From Daphnia carinata (taxonomy: Eukaryota): a stretch of 64,000 nt of DNA. Below the pieces are notes generated by a model. That model saw nothing but the letters and a program-made list of their open reading frames with translations. It ran no database searches and had not been told where the DNA came from. Location: positions 9,238,001 to 9,302,000 of the forward strand of contig NC_081331.1 of NCBI RefSeq assembly GCF_022539665.2, read 5' to 3'. Shown here in pieces: positions 24,436 through 38,684 of this stretch. Each line of letters starts with the position of its first letter. The stretch's first letter is position 1. Made by a program: the position numbers and the translations under genes.

Positions 24436-27128
24436 TCAGCTCGGTTTCCTTCAGATTAGTTTTGCTATTGCGTTTATCTACCTTTTTTCTTGTATCTTGC
24501 TTTTCATATTAATGTAGAAATATGTTTACTCATGATGATAGTTAAGTGGCATATGCACATCCCCTAAACGGAGAACGGTACAGGCAAACAAATTGTGAAC
24601 GTTTTACCTTAAGATTTAAAGGACATTCCACGTTTGCATTGCTGTTTTCGTTCAATTAAGCGTCTCCACTACTGTACTCTTCCAAAATTTCTCCTTAACG
24701 GAACTTGATTATTCATCGCCCTCCATCCCAACGTCTTTTTTACGAAGCGATCGGTCGAAAAATATTTGCTTTTCTACTCGGAACTCCTGAGGTATCTATT
24801 ATAACAGTCACATTATGATAGAAACGATATTGATCTATGAAACAGGCCTTATGTAATTTAGCGGGCCAGAGTTAAAACTGAGTAAAACTTATTGGCTTCC
24901 GTGTAAACAGGCGGTTCATTTAACTCCTAAACCGTGTAGCAGTTCTCCTTGAAACCTAAAATGTCATCATTCGCTCATTCGAATGTACCCCATTCAGTGA
25001 TTTTGGTTTATTCTAGTTATCTAAAGAATTTATTGATGTGCGTAAACTCCCTGCGGTAGTTCCGGACAGTAGGAGTGATGGAAGGCTTAAACGTTTCCAT
25101 CAACCACTGTTCCATGATCGGTTAAACTATATGTTGTTTTGAATAAATACGCATAGATTCTTACCATCTGTTCTCCTCTTCGAGCAACTTATTAATAGTT
25201 ACTTGTTAAGATTGCATAATCCATTGTGGATAAATGTAAACGGGAAGTATTCGGCGTAAACTTGTTCTGTCGATTCTGAGAAAGTTAACCTCAAACATAC
25301 AAGCGCATGTATATACAGTAGTGTATATCCAGGTCACCTAAAACATTCGTCGACTGCCCAACTTCAGACATCCCGGCAATTGGTAGGCTTTCCACGGAAG
25401 ACTTCAAGTTAATCAGAAGCCTTAATTTAGACAAAATGACGGCATGCTGCAGCTTATATGGTATCACAAGCTGATATCACCACCCCACTGATAATCACTC
25501 AAACGTTGGTGGAAATTAAGAGAATAGGAAATATGAACACTTTGAAAAAATGAAAAATATGCGAAGCCGTAAAGGAGACAAATACCTCCACTATACGTGT
25601 CTTTAACTGGGACATTGGTTGACACTTCGCGCAGCCCCTTTTATTTATCATAATTCGTCGTCTTTTAGTCGAATGTATGTCTTTGCGCGTAGACTACTTC
25701 AGTTTTTATGAATTACTCTAGCACACCAACGGACCTACACAACAAGAAAGTAAAAGGCTTTGACATAGTTTAATTCTTTTCCTTCATCTTTGCCGCAGTG
25801 CAGTGTAGCAGTAGAATATTTCTGGAATAAAACTAGTACCAAAAGATGAATAAAATGTGGTTTAAAAATTGAAAGTGCAAGGTTATCTAAAGTTGTACGT
25901 ATTTTCTTTGCAACCGAAACACTATATGACGTAATACACGGATCATAAACAGATTGCGGCAGCAGAATGAAAATTCAGAGCAGGGGGCCTGGATGTATTG
26001 ACAATCATGTTCCATGACTTCCATTGTTCAGCAGATTTTTATCATAACTGAATTATCTAGCCTGAAAGCAAAATGCCAGAACGAAGAGGAAATACGTAAA
26101 ACCAGTAGCGTGTAATAAACTGAAGTAGGACAGCAGCTAAACACTGATTATTAGCCATACCCGAGTTACGTGTCATTCCTCCTTCGTGTCATGCCTATTT
26201 CTGTTTTGGATACTCTTTTGGTATTTGGGAGTTCGATTTGGAGACAGACGGTCGATTAGCTTGCGGCAGTCTGTCCGCTGGCATTGCAGCCGAAGGAATT
26301 GCCTGCAGCTTTGGTTCCGCAGTTGACCATACAAACGGGGAAAAACTTTGAAGAAATCGGCAGAAGTCTTAGCTATATTGCAGCGCGGAATAGTTACGGT
26401 GAGTTGTTACTTGGTTTTGAAAATTATTCATTCCAAATAAGGCATTAGTTAGTTCTACTTAATCGTAAACGTGCGTTATTTTTTATTTATAGCTCAATGT
26501 TTGCTTAATTTACAGCACACAACATGGGGGTTCTATGTGTAGTTCTCAGGAGAGCAGTTCTTAATTTGAGTCAGTTTTGATTGTTGACGTCAATGTTGTA
26601 CACGGTTTAATGCTTGCGTGGCTTCATGTACGTATTCTGAGTTATAGTAGAAAAATGGGTAACAAAATTGCCTCGCAATAGCTTTTCTTCTCGACAGTAT
26701 TTTTTTATTTAAAAATAAATAGGTACATGATAAAGCCCAGTGTAATTAGCCAAAGCTCATTTTGCTGGATTGCCATTCATAAATCGCCCTTTCGTATCAA
26801 AATTCTAGCTTTTACAAGCAACGGTTCGCAGTTGGTGAAAAAAAAAGTAAAGGAAAATGCAGACGAGAGGGCAGTGTGGGTTTTCGCTGTAGTTGTGGTA
26901 TTCCGCACAGTTCCCTACCTACTCCTGTGCCAAACGAGCTCCCACCGCTGCAAAGGGAATTCTCTTTTTCGTTTACGCTGTGTAGTTGCTTAAAGATTTA
27001 GCGGCATTTGGTTTTGTTTATGTGGAGTTTGAAAAACGAGGTCCGAAAAATTAAACTATGATGGGCGAATTATATCTTCTGTTTTTTCTATTGATAATTG
27101 AAGCCAAAAGACATCAGACGTAACGGCC

Positions 27129-29136
27129 ATGGCAGAGGGTAACTCGTCACAGACGGGGAAATTTTGTAGCCGCATTCCTCGGTTACAACGATCTGTATCC
27201 TTCCATGGTAAGGAATATAAATCCACCACAAGTAATGAGGCAACGGAGGAGGAGTTGACAGAAGCTCTAGACGATCTCCGCTCTTTGAGCAGCGTTTCCA
27301 GTGTTGCGTCGTGTGCAGTGTCCAGTAGGTCATATGGGAGAGCTGTCGAATCTGCCTTCGAAATTCAGAAAACAAATTCTCCAAGATTTACGTTGCACTG
27401 CTCTACCCCACCAAATAATGGATTCCCGGGGGAATATTTAACACCTACCCAAAGGGCCAACAGAACCATTCGACAGCTCAAGTAACCCAGGCAGAGAATT
27501 GGCCGTTTTGCTGGCAGCCTTTTCTTCAACATGTACCATTTTTTTTTAGGTCATTACTGAAGGAATCGAAGACCGACAGCAATTACAAAGATTTCGAGAT
27601 ACAACGCCTGACACGCGAACTTGTGCTTTTACGTTTGGAACATGCTCAGTGCGGAAAAGACACAGTCAGAGGGGAAAAGGAACCTGATAATTCTTTACCC
27701 TTGGCGGCGCCATCTCTAGCCGATTCAGGTCATTTCGATGATTTGTCGTACCAAGCAAACCAGTTAAAGGATTCTTTAGTAGAAAAAGAAGTTGATTCGC
27801 TAGCCACCGGTAGTTGGATCATGGAGAGAAGCCGGATTGCAAATTTTCATACAGAAAAAATGGACGATTTGCTAAGGCGGCATGCCCACGAGGTAATTAA
27901 GAATTTTCATTCCCCCCAAAAAATGCTTTAACCCTTCAGTCATTTTAGATACAGCAAGTGAGAAGTCGATTTACAGATCGGCTTGAGGCAGCTTTAACCC
28001 AACTCAGTGATTCTAATACGCGTTACGCAAACCTGTTAACCAGCCATGATTTAAGTCGACAAGAGCTAGAGCAAAACACGAAGGAACAACTTCGATTGCG
28101 TCAGAAAATCGAATCACTTGAGCAAAAACTTGCGCAGCTTCAGATAGATATGGAAGATCGCGAAACGATGGTACTTTAAATGCCGGAAAAATTAGTGCAG
28201 ATACCAACCATTCACTAACTTATTGGATTGTTTAGGAATATGAAACGCGAGAAAAGGAATTATCTCAAATGGAAAACCTCTCTGCAGAGTTGGCATGCAA
28301 AAATCAAATAATCTTGGATCTCCAGTCGACATTGGAACGTTTATCCGCTGCAGCTGACGAAGCTCGAACCGGGACCCAGAATCTACAAGCCGTAGCGTCG
28401 ACATTAGAGCAGCAACAGGTAATTGCCAATCACTAAAAATAGGTTTTCATTGATCCTGGAGTAATCTCAAGTGAGGACTGACAAGTGACTTTCGGCAGGT
28501 TATTTTTAATTCATCAAGGGCTTGGATATCGGGAAACGAAGCTATTACTCTCTGGCTCTGCCTTCACAAGCAAACCCGAAGGGTGGTTTAACGAGCTTCC
28601 AGTGTCTGCTACCACCAGGTTATCCCCTGTAAACTGATTCTCTGCTTGCTTTTTCCCCTATTGTCTTTCCCTTTAAAGAGAGCTAGGCTTTGTTTACAAA
28701 ATTTCGTCAAATAAGGAACCTGCCGAAAGTCCTTATCTGTTTTGTTTTTATGTAACCAGTACCACACCCTACTCGTACATATACTCCCCCTTAAATCAAT
28801 TAATTTAAGTTTTGCCAATTAGCTCTTGTGTGAGCCGTTCGCTTAATTATGACTTTTCACTTAGTTTCTGAATTCAATCTTTGTTTGCAGGTGGAACTAG
28901 GAAGCTCTAGTTCGCAAAATTGCGCGATTGTGAACGACAAACCCAGGATAAACAATGCCAACCATCCGTCTCCAGATCCTTCCGTCATGCTAAAATTTCT
29001 GCGTTCTGCAATATTTTATTTATTAACAGACAGTGAAAACGGAGCTGAACATCTGCGAGCCATTCAAAGTATTCTGGAATTCAGTACGGAAGAACGTTGT
29101 GCGGTAGAACGTATGGGAAGGCTTGGGTATTTGTAA
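27129..29136 (+). CDS. qtc: Quick-to-court-like coiled-coil protein with C-terminal GRIP-type domain; start uncertain
   Basis: EYLTPTQRANRTIRQLK, several coiled-coil exons, and C-terminal LKFLRSAIFYLLTDSENGAEHLRAIQSILEFSTEE resemble insect Qtc/GRIP sequences. Confidence 0.75.
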
Positions 29137-30244
29137 AATTCTAAATGACTAACCACGGGTATCATTAAAAGACTGCGGTATACCTGATTCACTAACATAA
29201 GCTGCGAAAGTATAAATTAAATCTATTAGACAACAATAAAGTTTCTTTAAATTTGGTGCTTTTAGACTTTCTCTTTCAGCTTTTAGTAATTTAACAATAA
29301 ACCTGGCGGAATATTAAATTAATATTATGTCAAAAATTTCAACAGTTATCCAGATGACTATGGTAAAACTGCTTATTTTGATAGCTTTGGAGCTGATTAC
29401 CATAGCCTACACGGGGGAAAGCGGGGAAAACTAACGATGCAAGATATTTTACCTCCACTGCATATGTAAAGCAAATAGGCAACTCCTGCCTCCCTTTTTA
29501 GTCATTGAAAAGTACCAGCGGCTGCTGAGACAAATAGTTAAAATTTTACCATTTGGAAGCATGCTGTTTGTATGAATTTTACAATTTATAGAGGAAGTAA
29601 TCGACGTGTAACCTAGGTGATTTGCGAACGCACTCGCGCGCTGCCGAACTGTGCCTTCCCCGTCGAATATTTCTTATGGGACACAAAGGTTGTCTTCGTA
29701 AATAATTCGCAGTACAGAAGCCTACAACAAGATTATAGCAACAATTTCATTTTTTTAAATGCCAATGAATAAGCTTAATTTTAATCATATTTGATAGTAA
29801 GTATGTACGTATTGGTTAGGTTTCTAATGTTCACGGCGTTTTAAGGGCCAAAGATTATTATGCCAATAGATCAACGAACTAAAGAAAGAATAAATCTTTA
29901 AATATTCTGTTTACTCGTTTATTTAGTTTTTACGATTTTTAGCCCTTTTTTGTTGGCGCCTATAGCAACACGCGCAAACAGAGGTTTGAAAAGAGAGTAA
30001 AACACATCATTATACTTTTTCATTCGAGCAATTGTATCCGTACAAAACCAATGTAATGCGACAAACTGATATGCTGGAATCATGTACTCATATGGTAACG
30101 TATCGTTAGAAACAGAAATTCTCTATTATGTTCTTTGAAAACAACACAAATGTTAAGAAAACGAATAACAGTGGTGCTAGTGTTCTCAATTACAAAAGTA
30201 CGAGTAAAAAAAAAAGGTTCTTTCTTTCAAGATAGATCACGTGC

Positions 30245-33200
30245 TTAGACACTAATGACACATACTCCTACAGCAGAAGACCACGAACCATCCTGTTGAC
30301 AGTTCGACCATTTTCTTCCCTGTAATTTCCTACCGGGTTGGCAGGAAAATTGGACTGTAGCGCCAATTTCGTACGTCGAATTATCGGGAGTTATATAACC
30401 ATAGGAAGGTATTCCAGGATGGCTACAAAGCATTTGACCTAAATCGCGCAGTTTTTGTTTGAATAATGGTATTTTTCCCCATACATAAGCGTGCGAAAAC
30501 TTACACAGAGGAGCTGGGTGAGACCAAATTCCATTTTCCATACAAGTGATTTCAGCTTGTCCCAATAGTTGGAAATTACGATTGCAAGCAAATTTCACAA
30601 TATCTCCGACGAAATGGCTACTACCACTGTCTTTAATTCTAAGCAATAATATTGTTGTGTTAGTTTGGGTACTGATACGTGTTTGTTATGAATTTTAAAT
30701 ACCGGCCATTTAACGGGGGAAGTAGCTCAGGACATTCAACAACTTCAAAAACATTATTATTGTTATTATAATTTTTTTAATGCGGTTTGATTTATGTTTG
30801 ATTGACGTGCGAAAAGTACAATTACCTTGGCACGAAGGAGGAGCTGGATACCATTCCATATTTTGCTGACAAGTCGCATTATTCAGTCCAATAAGTTGGT
30901 AACCAGGTGGACAAGAAAACTTAACCTGTCAAACAAAATTTAGTAGTATACCAATAGTAGAAAAGCAAAGAATGTTTACCATCGCCTTATACCCCACTCC
31001 GTTAAGAAAATCAAATTCTAAACGAGGATCAGCACCATCCATATCGTAGGGGCACTGAATTAATTCGCAAACGGGCAGTCTATTCTCCGACCATAACCCT
31101 ATTTTTAGAATAAAGTGATAATCGTTTAAAATCATTTTTAACACATTTTTGTACCAGAAGTTAAGCATTCGCTGAAATTGGACCCTATCAACTGGTATCC
31201 TTCTAAACAGAAAAAAGTAATTCTTTGTCCAGCATAGTTCCCTTCGATTACGGCATGTAGCGGCGATTCAATCACAGGAGGTGTGGGGCATTGGATTGCT
31301 AAAAAAAAAGGTAAACAAAGAACAGTTAGATTACAGCGTGCCATTACGTAAATCTAACGAAAGAAATCTTTTCGTCAAAACAGGACACTATAATAAATCC
31401 AAATGTGAGGCGAAATACGTCAAAATGTGAAACAAGAGCTAGTCATCCTGCCATTTCCTTCAGAGTTGTTTAAGGCAAAATCGTTCTTTGTAATAAAATG
31501 ACATTAAATTGCTTACTTTGAACAACGATGCGTATACTATTGTTATGCCCACGCGGAGTAGTACACGTGTATTCACCTTCGTCGCGCGCTTGAATGGAGA
31601 ATATTGAAATCCGGAACCCTGTTCACCATAGATTCACTAGTTAGGTGGAAAATGTAATCTAAAATTTGCTGAAACTCATAGGCCTACTTACGCCACAGCC
31701 TTTCTTCACGAGATATTGCCCAACCTAAACAACGTTTTGATGATGAACCATTTATTTAACTATGATTGAATAGAACGAGAGGTCAGAAGAAATTTAGGTA
31801 AGTAGGACGCTCAGTTAGAAATTAATGGTGTGAATTGTCAAGACAATTAAAGGAAGTCAAACCGAACGGATGGCTCCTGTTGACGTTATTGGATTTTTTC
31901 CAAGTCCACTGAGGATTTCCCAATTTTCTGTAAAATATACAGTCAAGATGTACGACACTTCCTGGACGAACAACCCTTCCAATAAGAACAAGGATGATAA
32001 TTAATTTGTAAAACAAAGAAATACCATTTCTTACAGTTCTCCTGCGGCGTTCTCCCCAGCAGATCCCGTTGGAACATTCGTTTTTATTGTTGGCGGATGA
32101 TCATCTATAATATTCAAATTAAAATGTGGTAATCAAACAGAAAACTACTAAGGATTTTGTACATGTGTAACTTAGTTTTTTAACTGAACGACAATCAGAA
32201 TCAAAGAGGGCGATCCTTTGAGAACGCAATAAAATCGAATGGCAAGAGCTTTTAAATTTTAGTAAATTTGTGCCCCTCTCAATCGAGGAATTCGAAACTT
32301 TACCATAAACCCGCACAGATACATTAAAGTCAATGAAAATCCAAATTATTTTTCGACGATATTCTGTAGTGCAAAATCGGTCCCTGTTTCTCATTCTTCG
32401 CTTTTCTTTTTAGATTTCTAACCATTTTGTAGAACCTAATGGAATGCTTTAAAGGGTGCAAGACGAATCTGGTCAATCAAATTTTACGCCATCTGCTGTA
32501 GAAACATTTATTTCTTCGAAGGGTATAGCATTATACCTACGAATCCTTTATGTTATCTGGGAACTATGTGCACTAATTTATTATAATAAAAAAGAAACCA
32601 TTTACCAATAAATGCGGAAAGGCCATCGGAAGGTGTCGTTGGTAGACCTACATAGATCAATGTAAATAAGTCATTAAAATTGAATAGATTTTTCTTTTTT
32701 TTTTACATGTGGGTAGCTTATCACTCCATTTCCCATGGTAGCACTGGATTGAGACTGCGCCCAATAATTTCATTTTGCCAAGCACGGGACATCGGGCTAC
32801 GAGAGTTGTACCGTGGGGAATGACGGCGTTTGCCTGTTTGGTCAAAAGATTTCAATTGCAGAAATTTTAAATGCGAAGACTGGAATATTAAATTACGCAT
32901 TGAGTTTTTTAACTTGGTTCTACTGATATTGAAATCAGTAAGTTTTGGAACGTCTACATTTATCGCCCTATTACTCTATTGGTAATATTGCATTTTATGC
33001 AAGTTTTGTGCTTACCGGTAAAGGACTGTGATGTCCATAATATGAAAGAATAAGATTTTTTTCGTCGGGAATATGTAGACGGCAATTTTTCAAAAGTGGT
33101 TGGTACCAGTCATATTTTTCTAATAAATAAAAAACGTAAGACAATTTAACGCTAAACAACGAAAGAACTAGCCTACTTTACTTCTAAATGACATCCTGCC

Positions 33201-34033
33201 AATATAAAACCTTACGGGTACTGTTTGAATTATTTATTTATTATTTTTTTTTTTTGCTTTGTGCTTTTCGGCGTCATATCTTAGCAGGCTATAAGTAAGC
33301 GTTCACCGAACCGTACTGTACGTACATATTACAGAGAGGATGGAGGGGACTCCTGGAGATTCACTCGGGGAAGGCCACTTGTTTTTACCCGAAATGTATC
33401 ACTCATTGTTTAGCAGCAGCTATACAGACCGAGAGGTTGGCAAACCTCTGGCAAAGTGTACGGGATGCAAACATTTTACCTTTGATCCACAATAATTTTT
33501 GCCCAAAATTTTTAATTTGGCTTTATAATCACACATGTTGTTGCTTAGAATCAAAATGATTCTTGACAGGGTGTACAAAATTTAAATCAGTTGGCAACCC
33601 TCGCAAAACGCAGGCAGCTAATGAAATAGAAAATGTCAGGAATGTCACTCGATGCTTTAAATAATGTTAAACTAGACTGCAATCCATAGGTTATACGCAG
33701 AAAATTATGCGCATCTATACGCAGAAATCATAAAGGTATACACTTATGTGTTTGTAATTGGTCCAAATATTAAATGCGTGCAACGACATGCAAGGTATGG
33801 AAATTACTTCCATAACCGTGAAGGGGTCTCTACAAGGCGAAAGACTCACCCTGCAATTCGAAGTCAGGATGGGCTAAAGCTGCCGCTGTAAAAAACTTTT
33901 CAATTGGTGAAGTTTTTAATTCCAAGTTATTTAAGCCCTCGCCATTACTTGTTGTAGTGAACAGTACGCCATAGACTTCATTTCGTCCGGTCAAAAATAT
34001 CGGTACCAACACAACGTTTACCCACCACCACAT
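30245..34033 (-). CDS. hig: Hikaru genki-like secreted protein (CCP/sushi repeats plus Ig domain)
   Basis: Putative first exon MWWWVNVVLVPIFL... (34033-33850). It is followed by LVARCPVLGKMKLLGAVSIQCYHGKW, an Ig-like segment VRPGSVVHLDCIFYRKLGNPQWTW...RDEGEYTCTTPRGHNNSIRIVV, and four CCP modules (FCLEGYQLIG..C, FSCPPGYQLIG, FACNRNFQLLG..CMENGIWS, FSCQPGRKLQG..CQQDGSWS). Confidence 0.8.
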
Positions 34034-35090
34034 AATATTTGAAAATGAAGTCGTGCACTACACAACAAGACGGCTTTGCCTTACGAAATGAAGTATTCTA
34101 ATAGCTGAAAATGTACTTTGATTAAATCGCAGCTGAAGGTAGCAGAATAGTACAAAACGTTTTTTGCCCTCTTGCCAGTAACGCCACGTCCTTTAGACTG
34201 GTTCATCGGTCAATAATCTTCTCTGCTGAACAAGCAAGGCAGAAAAAAGGCAGAGAGGAAGGGATTATAACTTCGATCGATGCTTCGTGCAGTGATGCCT
34301 TTGTCATGTCGATGATTTTGTTCGTAACTTTTCTGCTCTTAGTAGTATACCATCCAAGCCAACATTATAGAGAGAAATGGGCGTTGCGGGACGTCGGATT
34401 TGCCTCGAAGAACAAGGCAACAAAATTATTGTATGATTATTAGCATGATATAACCATTTTCGCCCATTAGTTTAGTGTTAAAAGCTGGCTATGGCTGTTT
34501 TCAAAGCAACGATTTTATCCAAGTCGGAATATATCTTCTTTGTTATTGTTGTTCTAAATCATTCGAATACGTTGCACAGACAAAGAGGATAATATCTTTA
34601 CTCATAGATTATTGAAGGTGTTTAAAAAGAGCTGCGCAATGCCCTTTATGAAGCTCACATAAGCAGTTTAGCACAATCACGGAGGCTCCGGCGGAAATTG
34701 ACTCCAATATGAAGCGGAAAGACATTGCACTATAAAGACCCACCCCCACAGTTGTAATTTGATTCCATTGAATATTTTTAAGCAGTTCGGATGTATTTAG
34801 ATTTTTTTTTATCGATCCATGTGAAATAAAGCAGTAATTGTGAGTGCTCGTCCGCACAGTCTATCTATAATAAATACCTAATTGGCCTTGATAAAGCAGA
34901 CTATATTCGAAGCAGACGTCCCTAACGCGTGACAGCTGAAAGATAGAACTTGCAAATTGACTGAGTCAACAAACAAGTAACCTGGGGAGTAGGGTAGTGT
35001 TGTGTTATAAAAATATTTGTCGCTCTATTTGTTTAAGTGTCTTAGTGAAAGAATTTAGTCTAAAATACCTAGATTGATTCAGTGAAAATA

Positions 35091-38000
35091 ATGAATATAG
35101 AGCTCCTTCAAGAGGAGGCGATGGCCTCTGCCGCTGTATCCCTATCAGCTATGTTACAGCGTCCGGATCAACTTGAAAAAGTAAAAAAGAATCAATGTTC
35201 TGCAGTAATGGCAGTTTATTGTAGCAAAAAATTGAACTGTGAATTTTGACTAAATAATTTTTCCCTGATGTAGGTGGAACAATACAGACAACGAGTAACA
35301 CGAAAGAAAACATCTGTTGAAGCAATGTTAAAGACTGCTGTGCAAAGTCAGCTTGATGGTGTAATTAGTGGACTCCAGCAATTGCAGTCAGCTTTGGTTG
35401 ACATCGTTGATATTCGTCAAAGGTAATGTCATCATGATATAATTTTGAATAATATAATAATGGAGTAATTGTGGCATTTTGTTTCAGATTACATGAAATT
35501 GAGGAGTGCGTTGTAGCTATCCCACCACTCTGTGATAGCGTGAAAAATGTTAGAGAAGAACATGTTATTTATTCACAATATGCTGTTGCAATGGAAAATT
35601 TAAAACATATTTTTACTGTTCCAGAAAGGTAAATCTTGAAATTTTTAACTCTTACAGTAGTGTCCCTATTATGTGAAAGTCCCTAGGTTTGAAAGTCTGA
35701 ATCTTGTACAAATTTTCTCCTTCTTCTATGTAAAATGTTTCTATACTAGGAAGGTACCATTGACCTCGTGTAGGATCTTAATTCTAAACTTTACTACTTA
35801 AAAAGTGGTTAACAGACACCATAACCATAACTAATTTACTGTGCCCCCACCTACCTGCTGATCACCTAACAAACCCTGATAAACTTTTGGCTTTTCGGTA
35901 GTCACCTAAAACTTATTGTACCAAAGATAAATAGGCCTGATAAAAATTTTATAAGCAAATTATTATAAGTTATTTGTAAAATATTATGTGTTTCTACTTA
36001 GTGTTGACAAAACTCGACAATGGATTTCAGAGGGTAAACTTCTTCATGCACATCAGAGCCTTACGGATCTTGAAAATTCGCGGGACGATTTGCTCTACGA
36101 ACTCCACAGATTACCGAACCACTCATTGCAAGACAAACAAATGCTCAAGGTCTCGATATTTTTGTTTCTAAAAAAAAGCGTATTTGCCCAGATCCAACGG
36201 TGACTGCTAGCTCATTGAACAATTAGCAGTTTTGTAGTGCATTTTCGTTTTTCATAGACGGTATCAATCAAGGCAATCATTTTCACCATGCCCTCTGCTA
36301 AGATGTGCCGTTAAATTTGAGTTACAACAGAACTATCATCGATTAGATAGTAATATGTTACAACTAGATTGAAAACGGAAAAAAAAATTAAAATCAATTA
36401 AACTCCTAATCCTCACTGGATATTCACATACTGAGTAAATGCCTATGCTACTATAGATACCCACAATGTGCTTCTAAGACATAATTTCTCGATTTTAACT
36501 CATTTCTTTTTCTTTTTTTTTAAATCTCATCAGGCATATTTTTCTGGTGTGCAACAGTTGTCGGAACAGTTGGGGAAGCAGCTGTGGTTACTTTTAGGTA
36601 GATCTTTAAATACGGTTCGGAAGGAGCCCCAGGTGATTGTAACAGCCGTTCGGATTATTGAACGTGAGGAACGTGCGGACGCCTATGCGATTCAACGTCA
36701 GAAACAAAGCGGATTCTTACCGCCTGGTAGACCAAAAAAATGGAAAGGTAATTCGTTTTGTCAATCAATTTACCGTGCTTTTCACTATCTGCAATTATCT
36801 AAATTCTCACAGAACGCGCTTTGGAAGTTCTGAGCGATGCGGTAATTGAACGAATAGAGGGTAATCAATTCGAAGAAAGAGCTGACAACAAAATGTGGCT
36901 AGTACGCCACTTGGAAGTGACGCGTTTATTGATCATCGAAGACTTACGTGTCGTGAAAACTCTTTGTGCCCCTTGTTTCCCTCCTCATTGGGATATCGTA
37001 AATCAGTTTTTCCAAAAGTATCACTCAAGCTTATCCAAGCACCTTGAGGAAGTCATAGCTGCTGGACTTGTTGCCAATGAGTTTGTCACACTTTTGTCTT
37101 GGGTGCTTCAAACGTACCCAGGTTCTGAGTTACTGCGACATGCAGATATTAACATCGATCCTAGTTCACTGGGCCCACTTTTAAACGATGATACAATCGA
37201 AAAACTTTTTCAGGTAGAACCTAAACGTTTCTTTGTATTTCTAACGATGAAGGCTTAACATTTGTGCATTTATTTAGGCTTATATAAGTAATATGGCTTC
37301 CAATTACAATGATTGGATGCAAAAAACTGTTGATGCAGAGGCCAGGGATTGGAGGCGACCCATAGTTCCTGAATCAGACGGCGACGGTCATTATCACACG
37401 GAGTCTATCGTCATAATCTTTCAAGTAAAATTTTTTAAATTACTTCATGAAATCATTGGATGTAAAGATTTGACATCCCGTTCTATGGCATTTCCCCCCT
37501 CAGATGGTAGAACAAAACCTTAGCGTGTCGCGCACCATTAGTGACGGACTAATGACGCGAGCATTAATTTTGGGATTGGAGCAAATCACACAATACGGAG
37601 AAATGTACAGAGAAGCGATAAATCTTTTCAAGAACAAACATTTTGAAGATAGAAGCCAAGTATGTTTCCGTAAACCCCTGTGGCCTCTCTATCAAATGCC
37701 TTCATAGTTGTTTCATTTCAGGTGCCTTATTTTACACACTACATGATTGCGATAATCAACAATTGTTTGCATGCGATGGAACTGGCCCAGGAAATGAAAA
37801 CTAGATATGGAAGTAGGTGTGATCAGAGCGGGTCCTCGGCAGTTTTGAATAAATTTGAAAATCTAGCAGTAACTTACGAGGTATTTCATTTACTTGTGAA
37901 ACTTTTTTTTTTTTTTATACAAGCCCAAAAAGAATTGAGAATATGATTTTAAATCAGGGTCTTAGGAACGAGGCTGCTGGTATTCTTCTGGATGAAGCTT

Positions 38001-38684
38001 TTCTTGATCTTGAACCGCACTTCCAGGATTTGCTGACTCGCAAATGGGTCGTGTCCACCGTTCCAGTTGATACAATCTGTGCAACTTTGGAAGACTACTT
38101 TCAAGTACGAGTGTTTTTGGCTTATCTTGCACCGACATTCAATTGTTCTGATGTTGTACAATTAACAGTCTAACAATTTTCTGAATATTCAGGACTATAT
38201 GCATCTGAAGCCACGAAATTTCGAATACGTCATCCGACAAGCTGAAATCTGCATCACACGTAAATACATAACTTCTATTTTTCAAAAGAAGCTATCGCTG
38301 AAAGAAGAACGGCGAGAAGTGGCAGAAAAAATCATTCAGGAAGCCGGGCAAATTGAAGCTCTTTTAGCTCCTGCCTTACTTAATCGTAATTCTCCATCGG
38401 ATGCCTCTAAAGCCACTGAAGATGCGTCAAAGGCAATATCTGCTCTAGCGGAAGTGATCAAATGTGATTCTGAGATCATAACGCTAGAGCTCATTAACTT
38501 TATTAAAAAATATCCTGATGTTTCCCAAGACCAACTGACATACCTACTGAGTCTAAGAGGAGACTTTGGAAGACTAGAAGCGCGTCAGAGGGTGACAGAC
38601 TTGTTGTCAAGTAGTTCAAAGGGCGAGGTCGCTAGGAGTACGATATTTTCTCTAATTATTGTTCCAAGTTCAATATTTTCATAA
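35091..38684 (+). CDS. EXOC3: Exocyst complex component 3 (Sec6)
   Basis: MLQRPDQLEK|VEQYRQRVTRKKTSVEAMLKTAVQSQLDGV, LLHAHQSLTDLENSRDDLLYELH, VTAVRIIEREE, FLPPGRPKKWK, NKMWLVRHLE, YFTHYMIAIINNC, VDTICATLEDYFQDY across about 10 exons; stop at 38682-38684. Confidence 0.96.
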